Sequence record: KM389302.1
Length of the DNA: 25,398 nt
DNA from: Escherichia phage CBA6
Reading direction: 5' to 3' (one strand)
The first letter of the stretch is position 1, and each line of letters starts with the position of its first letter. Both the position numbers and the translations under genes were made by a program. The notes below the pieces were generated by a model, which was not told the DNA's origin, made no database searches, and worked only from the letters and a program-made list of their open reading frames with translations. Positions 17,934-25,398 of the stretch are shown here, piece after piece.

Positions 17934-17964
17934 AAGGCCCCGTAAGGGGCCTTAGTTTTATTTT
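17934..17964. terminator. Strong bidirectional intrinsic terminator
   Basis: aaggcccc-gtaa-ggggcctt followed by agttttatttt on the plus strand. It also lies just downstream of the minus-strand core tailspike stop at 17958. Confidence 0.7.
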
Positions 17965-20900
17965 GTACTAACGAAATCAAATTCGTGAAGAGCCATTGAA
18001 CCTGATGATATTCTTGCATCTAGTAAGGTGCCATCAATGGAAATTAACTTTTTATTCGCAATTGTTCCTATAAGAACACCATTACTAAAAAACTGAACTA
18101 TACCAGGTCCTTTACCGTTGTATTTAGCGGTTAAAGCGCCCTTCATTGGAGCTGAAGGTAAAGCAATGACGGTCTCTACTCCAGCAACGGATATAACACC
18201 ACGTATATCACTCCCTGTATTAAATCTGAATCCGAAATAGTTTCCTGATTCGAAACTTCCGGAATGTAATAGTCCTCCTGGTATGTTTTGCATGCTCCAT
18301 GCGATACTAAAGGCGCGGTAGTTGTTTGTCTCAAACTCATACGTTAATCGATGTTTTCTTGTTACACGATACCGACAAGTTCCACCAGAACTTGCTGCTT
18401 GCATATATAACCCATCATCCTCGAAATAAGTAAATGTGTCCGCAGGCTGAACTGTTGTTTTAGTGAATTTATCATGGTCCTGGAAAAGTGTATGGTAATG
18501 CGTTATGTCGTGGCGAGCGAATGCGTTCACACCCATGATTGTTTTAGATGCTTGTTCTATAATAAAACCAGCCATAACGCCATCAGAATACATTTGCGCT
18601 TTTTGACCAATAACAGGATGAAAATCATTCGCGATAATAGCCCCACCAATCGGCAGCGCGACATATTCGGTTAGCACCCCAGATGCTGGTGGTAGATTAT
18701 CAAGTTGGGTGCTGTTATAGTTAATAATACCGCCGTGTTTTGTTACTAATCCTGCCTTATTTATCGCGTTTCCAAATTGCGGCGATTCAACGCTTATTGT
18801 ACTGTTGTAAGCCTCAATGCATTTATCGACGCCTACGCCGTTGAATGATGGTTGAAATACGCCACCGCTGGTGCAGCCATAAAATTCAATGGATGCGTTT
18901 TCGTCAGAATGCGTGCGCCCCTTGAAGTTAATCTGTTCAATAGATGGTGAATATGGGGTTCCGCCACAGTTGAACAGTTGAATAGAGTTAAGGCTAACTT
19001 TGCTTGGGTCTGCTGACCTGCTCCCAATTTTTATTCCGGCTTGCTGGCTTGAACTAGGAGGGAACAATGGCGTACACCCACGCTTACTGCGAACAACGAC
19101 ATCCTCAGGAGTACCGGTGTTGCCGTAATTATCTGCAATACTAATTACAATTCGCTGCCAGTAATTGTTTGGAATGGCATCAACGGCATCTTGTACAGTG
19201 GGGTAATCTTCCGGAACCATGAGTGTTACAGGCATCGTGTAAATACCTGGCACTGTTGACGAGTTAACACCAAATGGGTGAATGTAACCACGATACGGAT
19301 CATTACCTCCGATAGTATTGATAAACCCTTCGATGCGCACTTTTGATGTATCAGTGTACAGATATCCACACTCGCCAATATCTACGCGGAACTTCGCAGG
19401 GATAGTCAGATCTTCTGTAAATTTCACTGGAACATTGACAAAAACACGACCATTACCAGAAGCTATGGCGCGTTTGAAAGCCTGCGTGTAGTCTGGTGCC
19501 GCTGGGTCTCCTGGCTCAACAAATGCGCGAAGGTCATAAAGTCTTTCCTGCTGACCGCCAGGGATTAAAAAACCTTTATCTCCTGTTAATTCAGTTCTTA
19601 ATGATGCATCACCAACGCTAACCCATGCACCTAAACCAACGCCGCCAGTTGTTGTCGGAGTTGAGCCAGGAGCCACAGTTTTAGGAAGTGTCCCATCCCA
19701 ACGATACTTACCGTTCGTATGGGTGAGTAATTCATTTTTAACATTGATAACAGCACCAGAATCAAATGTCCCAGACAAGGTAACATATTCTTCACGAGAT
19801 ACAGCTAATGCGCCCAGATCAACACTACCAGCAGAATGCACAAGTACAGCCGAAGAACTAAGGCTGACTGCCGTGGTTCCAGTCGGTAGCTCTGGAATAA
19901 AATATGATCTCTGTGTTACTTTATCATAGATAACTTTATACCCGCTTAACACCGCACCAACACTAAAATAAACAACCTCTGTATCTTTAACATTGGTTAC
20001 ACGAGCCACTTCCCGCAAAGTATAATCAATTTGATTATAGATGTTTGGCGTTCCATTGATAATTACAACAACTTCATCCTCTGCATCCAGTTCTTGCGCA
20101 AGAGTGATTTTACTGGTTAATGGATCAAATGTGAACCCCAGATTTTTATACTGGCGACTTCCGTTTATATCAATGGCCGGAACATCATCGACAACGATGT
20201 CTAACGTGATTTCGGTTTCACCACCAATCGCAGAACCCCCATTATAGACCCAGGTAATCGTAGAAGAACTAGAACCACCGCCATTACCCAATTGAATAGG
20301 AGTATATTCAATCACCTGAAGTTCTGTGCTGGCTGGCAAAGAAGGACTGAAAGTGATCACATTCCCATCTAGTGAATATTTGGATTCCGCAAGACGTTTT
20401 CCGTCAGCATACACGTCCACGATTGTTGGTGGCGTATTGAGAGTGACAGCGCTTGTTTCAGACGCCAAAATTTGTGTAAAAATCTCACGACTGTAGACAC
20501 GGCCTTGGCCAAGGCCGACGCCGGATGTGACAACCCAACCTTGTTCAGGCCCAGACCAAGTGAAAGTCGCCGACACGTTATCGGTGGATATCGTCATATC
20601 TTCGGTGGAGCCGTAAAGGTTATTTCCCGCTGGAGATACAGTCAATGGGTAAGTGGCGAATTTTCCATAAGCATCACAAATAGTAACGGAATCCCCAACA
20701 CGTGTAGGGGGAGGGAGAACCACTGTAGATGCCCCTGTGGTGTTATTAATGAGATAGCCGCGACCTTCTAACAAATTGCTAGAGGGAGCGTGAGGGAGCG
20801 TTTCCCAGCGTATTCCACCGCCCCCCCAAAGACAACCAACCACCGTTTTCGTAATAACCTTCAAATTCATCGCTATCAGGATTGTAACGTACAGAAGATG

Positions 20901-21051
20901 GAAGACCTGCAACTTCAGTATCTTCAGGGAATGTCATTACGGCACCAGGGGAATGCTCAATAGTGCCGGAGTTGTTGAAGCCTTTTATGTTCGAAGACTC
21001 AGAAGTTTCTAAACCCAAAGGGAAAAGAGGCTGTGTTGGTTTGTTAGCCAT
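17958..21051 (-). CDS. Core tailspike with a T4 gp10-like N-terminal baseplate-attachment domain; reading frame broken at a G7 homopolymer (about 1030 aa if fused)
   Basis: The 90-aa ORF (20779-21051) has a native-looking N-terminus (...VRYNPDSDEFEGYYENGGWLSLGG). After a one-base frame change at the tract it continues into the 984-aa ORF (GGIRWETLP...GRGYLINNTTGASTVVLPP...). The nominal N-terminus of the 984-aa ORF has no ribosome-binding site. Downstream are T7 gp17-like modules, a complete copy of the shared tailspike attachment module, and a beta-helix body. Confidence 0.65.
20821..20827. repeat. G7 (plus-strand C7) homopolymer tract at the frame junction of the core tailspike gene
   Basis: Minus strand reads TTG GGG GGG CGG. 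Deleting one G gives the in-frame fusion ...GGWLSLGGGGIRWETLP... Confidence 0.9.
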
Positions 21052-21088
21052 TTGTAATACCCCTAAATGTATTCATGTCATCTAGGGG

Positions 21089-21095
21089 TATTTAG
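21089..21095 (-). promoter_or_regulatory. Candidate late promoter element CTAAATA upstream of the gp10-like core tailspike gene
   Basis: Minus strand reads aaaaCTAAATAcccctagatgacatgaatacatttaggggtattacaaATG, with a tacccct(a) / (t)aggggta palindrome. Confidence 0.4.
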
Positions 21096-21097
21096 TT

Positions 21098-22288
21098 TTA
21101 GAAATAAGCTGCAATAGAATAATCGACAGAACAAGCGGTTGTTGTATTTGCATTAACAACGGAAATTCTCAATTTGCCACCCACCACAGACCCTGTGAAC
21201 GTCACTGTACCGCTCGTACTTTTCTGAACCAACAACTCTGATTTGATCGTTCCGTCACGAGTTATGGTTACTCGATATGTGTCAACAACGTTACCTGTCC
21301 CCCATTGCGCAGTTACCAGTATTTGACAAAGGTTTACCAAATCAAAATCTGGAAGAGCCGTCGTTCCCGAAGCCGAAACCGTGTATGACGACAAATTCGT
21401 TTTGGTACGATAAACTGCGTTCCCTAAACTGTTATCAATTGTGGTCATTTTGGCATTATACGTTGATACATCGACCTTACCAGTCGTGAGAGAACTGATA
21501 CTGCCGTCCAAGGAAGTCATCTTCGTATTATATGTGCTGACCTCGACTTTATTACCCAGAGACGTGTTGATATTGGAGATACTCAAATCCAACGACGCCA
21601 TCTTAGTGTTGTAAGTTGAGGTGTTGACTTTCCCGTTCAACGACGTGTTGATGTTATTAATCTGGGACTCTAGACTCAGCATATCTGCGTCATACGCTGT
21701 CGTTGTCACATATCCATTAAATCGGTTGTCTGCAAACAACGCATCAAAAAATGCAGTCATTGTCCAATAACGCGCTCCAGAATCTGTCTGTACAGGAACT
21801 GAAGTCGGCAACGTTGGTCCGGTATACGCAGACAATCTGGTGAAATCCAAATTGAATTTGTAATATCCGGATGTCAACAACTCCCCAGCCAAACCAGAAC
21901 CAGGCGGGGTAGTGTCTTCACTGACGCCATGCTTTCTCAACATGCTCAGGTTAACACCATCTGTCGAGTTCGTTGGTTCATCTGTGATTGAAACGGATTT
22001 TCCAGCGGGGACTTGTATGCCCCCATTGGTCACCAACAAAGCATTGAAAGTCTTTTTGCCATTGATTGTTTGTTCACCACTATCTGTCCGAATAACTTTG
22101 TTGGCCAGAGTATCATTGATTGTGTCAACAGATCTTTTCAACTCATATGTCAGACGAGCAGATGGTGGAAACAACGGGTCGTTAACTTCAAAATCGTTAA
22201 TAACGTCATTTTTACTTACTTTGTCATCAACAGAACCCAATATCTGATCTATCTGCTGACCTGTATATTGACTCAGGAAATCGGCCAT
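21098..22288 (-). CDS. Fibrous protein with tandem ~24-residue repeats (fibritin- or tail-fibre-like)
   Basis: 396 aa. Repeats STYNTKMASLDLSISNINTSLGNKVEV / STYNTKMTSLDGSISSLTTGKVDV / STYNAKMTTIDNSLGNAVYRT (about nt 21390-21680). TINGKKTF...GGIQVP is a tail-fibre-like motif. AAGGAG Shine-Dalgarno. Confidence 0.6.
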   Translation of the reverse strand: MADFLSQYTGQQIDQILGSVDDKVSKNDVINDFEVNDPLFPPSARLTYELKRSVDTINDTLANKVIRTDSGEQTINGKKTFNALLVTNGGIQVPAGKSVSITDEPTNSTDGVNLSMLRKHGVSEDTTPPGSGLAGELLTSGYYKFNLDFTRLSAYTGPTLPTSVPVQTDSGARYWTMTAFFDALFADNRFNGYVTTTAYDADMLSLESQINNINTSLNGKVNTSTYNTKMASLDLSISNINTSLGNKVEVSTYNTKMTSLDGSISSLTTGKVDVSTYNAKMTTIDNSLGNAVYRTKTNLSSYTVSASGTTALPDFDLVNLCQILVTAQWGTGNVVDTYRVTITRDGTIKSELLVQKSTSGTVTFTGSVVGGKLRISVVNANTTTACSVDYSIAAYF

Positions 22289-22290
22289 TT

Positions 22291-23145
22291 TTAGCTCCTT
22301 GTGCTTTCTAGGAATACAGTAAATCCAGCAGGATGGAAATGCTGACGGAAGACGCGCTCAAACACACCTTCAAAATCAGATACGTCGCCTGGGACTCCTA
22401 TAACATAAGTGTATTCATCATAATAGTAATCATCACGCATCCCTGTCGTGCCGTCACATTCAAAATTTCCGTCCAGACCGCCTATGTCTTCTTTCGTAAA
22501 ATAGACGCTGACTGGACAACCGAAATATATCCAAAAGAACAATTCAATCGCTTTCTTTGTTCCACGTATTTTATAGATGTGTTTCAACAATTTCAGCCAA
22601 CGCGGATGATCCAGAGTTCTTCGTTTAGTTCCTTCGATATAAACAGAGAACGTATCGCCCGTGGCCGTCAATAAAGAATCCGAACCGACTGGGATAAAAT
22701 GTCCAAATTCTTGAAATGATTTATCGACAGTTCGTTGAAACCCAAAATCATTATACCAGTCGTCTATCTGCTTGTTCTTGTCTTCAATAGAAAGCAACGG
22801 CCTTCCATCAGCGTCTAGCAGCGTCTCGGCATCAAGAGCCATCATGTTCTCAAATGTTCTGACCAAAAATTTATCTGACAAATAATCTTTGGCTTCAGAG
22901 CCTGGCGTTTTGTCGGCCTTTAAATCTATGAGTTGTTTAACAGGAGAATCTTCACTCTCAGGATTCATCCAACTCGAAGTGTCTGCCAGATATGCCAAAA
23001 TTTCTTCTTGAGTGAAGCCCTGCTGCCGATACAGCCAATTAAAGAACGTGTCCATGAACTCGATGAACAGAGGAAAATCGTTTTGGTAAAACAACGGGGT
23101 TTCATACTTAACCCCATTGTGACCATTATTAAGATCTTTGGACAT
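22291..23145 (-). CDS. Hypothetical baseplate-associated protein (284 aa from the ATG at 23145)
   Basis: Located between the gp6-like and fibrous genes. GAGG Shine-Dalgarno 8 nt upstream of the ATG at 23145. Start overlaps the gp6-like end by 17 nt. Confidence 0.5.
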   Translation of the reverse strand: MSKDLNNGHNGVKYETPLFYQNDFPLFIEFMDTFFNWLYRQQGFTQEEILAYLADTSSWMNPESEDSPVKQLIDLKADKTPGSEAKDYLSDKFLVRTFENMMALDAETLLDADGRPLLSIEDKNKQIDDWYNDFGFQRTVDKSFQEFGHFIPVGSDSLLTATGDTFSVYIEGTKRRTLDHPRWLKLLKHIYKIRGTKKAIELFFWIYFGCPVSVYFTKEDIGGLDGNFECDGTTGMRDDYYYDEYTYVIGVPGDVSDFEGVFERVFRQHFHPAGFTVFLESTRS

Positions 23146-24910
23146 AGCGCACCTCTGGCGTAACAACCACATCACCGATTTTGAATACCTGGTTTTGTGA
23201 AGCCTGTATATTCTGATTCAGGCCATCTGGTAGCACAACGATCGTTACTCCTTCAGTATTATAGTTTGAAACCGTAATCTGCTGAAGATCTACGACGCCG
23301 TTGGCGTAATCCACAACACCAGTCTTTTGAACCAAAAATTCTTTAGTGGTGTCGTTGTTGTTCACTTTATACATGTTCAAATCGCCATTGTCATCGCGCA
23401 TATAATAAGTGAAATCAACTTCGGCCGGAAGCGGTTTAAACCCTGTTATTTTCACAGAACCAGGTTTAATGCTTCTCCCATAACTGAAAGTAAAGCTATC
23501 CAACACACCATAATCAGGTTTGAAATGACGTTTATAACCGACAGACGTGATATTTGAGTTAATGGAACGTTCCATTTTCGTAATTGCTTCCTGCAATATC
23601 TCTTTGTCGAATAACTGATCAAAACCACCGAGATTGTTTTCACCCCATTTGGTGATACTATTACCCACCACCACTTTCATTTGTTCTTCAACATAAACCG
23701 TTGAAGTCGGATCCCAAAATATAGTCGTGGCGACTTGGATATATGTGATCTCAGAATCTACCACTTTGGGGGTGATGGACCCAACGTTGTATTTGTCCAA
23801 CGCGGCAACGATATCAGCCTTCTCTGCGTCTGAAAGAGTCTCCCCAACAGATGGTATCACAGCGATATAAACGTAACCAGAATCCGGAGGGGAAAGCGTA
23901 TCACCCCCATATGATTTAGCACGGGCAACGTTAGAAAACAAGCGTTCAGTTAAAACACCGTAATCGGTTTCCGTAACGGCAGCGCCATCAGCCTGATAAG
24001 CCAAAGGTGCCAGACGCTTCGTATCTTCAATAGATTCCGGATCTCCCCCACCCGCACTGCGTTCGGAAACCAATTCTATATCAACCTGGTTAAACCCGCC
24101 TATCGAAGATGCGGAAGATAAACTAGTGATGTCATTACCTTCAGCGCCAGAAGTTTCTAAATACTGGAGGAAAATAACGTTGCCATCTTCTACTCGGCGA
24201 GACAGATAACCATCTCCGAACTCAAACACATACAGGCCATCTATCCCTAATTCCACAAAATAGAGATATGCATATTGATTCAGGTCGAACGGACTGTTGT
24301 ATCTCTGGTATGTCGTTGAAACATCAGAGGACTCTGATTCCTGTACCTGTACGACCAGATGATTGATATCAACATTTTCCGAAGGTATCGTATAAGTCGA
24401 AATCGCGCTTCCTTCAACATCATATGTCTTGTACAACCAGTTACCCTGAATCAGTTTCACGTTGTTGAACATGTAATAACCGTCTGTTGTCAACGTGGCG
24501 GACACGGGTTTTTCAACAGTAAAGTTGTAGGAACTCCCATCCTTCGCCCCAACGAACATCACACGGCGGTCCATAATGATCTCATTAGGAGCTGTACTGG
24601 CGTCATACGGCGTTACTTTGATGTTGGCATACATGTATGCCGCCCGATAGTTGTCGGGGGTATAAGAAAGAAAAGCAGCAGACAAACCAACATTAGAACG
24701 TTGATTTGCTGTTTTTAAATGGCCTTCACCATTAAGCATGTTCTGCATAAAGGCTATGGCGTTCGCATCAGATGCCAACAAACGAATAATAGCACTAAGA
24801 CCGGAACCTTCAAAGTCATAATCTTTAAAGGTGGGATCAGCTTTCATTCGCTGTTTGATAATGTACTCAAAGGCTCTGACGTCGAGTGAAGGAACTGTTT
24901 GCGTGGCCAT
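23129..24910 (-). CDS. Baseplate wedge protein (gp6-like)
   Basis: DYDFEGSGLSAIIRLL and GGGDPESIEDTKRLAP resemble recalled T4 gp6 motifs. The listed ORF start at 24961 is TTG; the ATG at 24910 has GGAG 7 nt upstream. Confidence 0.65.
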   Translation of the reverse strand: MATQTVPSLDVRAFEYIIKQRMKADPTFKDYDFEGSGLSAIIRLLASDANAIAFMQNMLNGEGHLKTANQRSNVGLSAAFLSYTPDNYRAAYMYANIKVTPYDASTAPNEIIMDRRVMFVGAKDGSSYNFTVEKPVSATLTTDGYYMFNNVKLIQGNWLYKTYDVEGSAISTYTIPSENVDINHLVVQVQESESSDVSTTYQRYNSPFDLNQYAYLYFVELGIDGLYVFEFGDGYLSRRVEDGNVIFLQYLETSGAEGNDITSLSSASSIGGFNQVDIELVSERSAGGGDPESIEDTKRLAPLAYQADGAAVTETDYGVLTERLFSNVARAKSYGGDTLSPPDSGYVYIAVIPSVGETLSDAEKADIVAALDKYNVGSITPKVVDSEITYIQVATTIFWDPTSTVYVEEQMKVVVGNSITKWGENNLGGFDQLFDKEILQEAITKMERSINSNITSVGYKRHFKPDYGVLDSFTFSYGRSIKPGSVKITGFKPLPAEVDFTYYMRDDNGDLNMYKVNNNDTTKEFLVQKTGVVDYANGVVDLQQITVSNYNTEGVTIVVLPDGLNQNIQASQNQVFKIGDVVVTPEVRYVQRS

Positions 24911-24950
24911 GATAATCTCCATCACCTGAGTTTGAATATGGTGTTGAAGA

Positions 24951-24957
24951 TATTTAG
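24951..24957 (-). promoter_or_regulatory. Candidate late promoter element CTAAATA upstream of the gp6-like gene
   Basis: Minus strand reads ctttggCTAAATAtcttc, about 40 nt upstream of the ATG at 24910. Confidence 0.35.
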
Positions 24958-25273
24958 CCAAAGGGAATCAAAACGCTCTCGCGCGTTAATTTATTCGAAT
25001 ATACTCGCGAGGGGGCTGACGCCCTCGCTCGTAACACCGCCTTGACAGGCAGTCCCATTCCGCAGCCATGGAGGCTGCTTCTCGTTGTTCGTTAACACTC
25101 ACAACTCGAAGGGCACCGCGTTAAGATACAGTTTCTTGATGTTGTAGAAAAGTAGTTTTTACCTATTAATAATCGCTGTCATTATTTTATTGGCCTTTCT
25201 TGGGGTTATATTCAATAAACATATTCCCAATATAATAGTGGGGACATTTAATTAATTTGACGAGGCTCAGGAA

Positions 25274-25398
25274 ATGCACATTAATACAGCAATAATGAAA
25301 CACATCATCCCTTTGTTAGCAAAATACGAAGGGGAACGTGCTACAAAAATTCCTTTCGGAACAATTACAGAAGAAGTGAAACGTCTGACTGGCAAAAA
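25274..25398 (+). CDS. Hypothetical protein, 5' fragment (runs off the window edge), divergent from the structural module
   Basis: ATG at 25274 preceded by gaggctcAGGAa. Open frame MHINTAIMKHIIPLLAKYEGERATKIPFGTITEEVKRLTGK continues to the window end. Confidence 0.4.
   Translation, partial: MHINTAIMKHIIPLLAKYEGERATKIPFGTITEEVKRLTGK

Noticed and set aside
20813-20912. Hydrophobic N-terminus of the 984-aa ORF (MQVFHLLYVTILIAMNLKV...) resembling a signal peptide
   Set aside because: This stretch is the out-of-frame overlap with the 90-aa gp10-like ORF and has no ribosome-binding site. It is most likely an artefact of the frame break at the G7 tract.
24990-25085. Possible tRNA or CRISPR-like structure in the hairpin-rich intergenic region
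   Set aside because: No cloverleaf with a GTTC-type T-loop and acceptor stem could be built by eye, and the hairpins are not regularly spaced direct repeats. Kept only as a structured intergenic region.

Overview
The window is a late structural and packaging module of a T4-related myovirus, with almost every gene on the minus strand. From high to low coordinates it runs: baseplate wedge gp6-like, two fibrous or baseplate-associated proteins, a cluster of four large tailspike-like proteins, a 1612-aa structural protein, two small proteins, neck proteins gp13- and gp14-like, gp15-like, and the small and large terminase subunits. Homologue names rest on motif recall and gene order, not on a database search. 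In place of T4-type long and short tail fibres the phage appears to carry a branched multi-tailspike receptor-binding apparatus. Notable points are (1) a 159-aa mini-intein inside the terminase Walker A motif, (2) a G7 homopolymer that splits the gp10-like core tailspike gene into two frames, (3) repeated ~90-bp cassettes and shared attachment modules that look like recombination substrates for tailspike shuffling, (4) a recurring CTAAATA motif upstream of late genes, (5) a plus-strand 70-aa gene inserted between the neck genes, and (6) a GC-richer, start-less coiled-coil ORF between two tailspike genes. No tRNA, rRNA or CRISPR array was seen.
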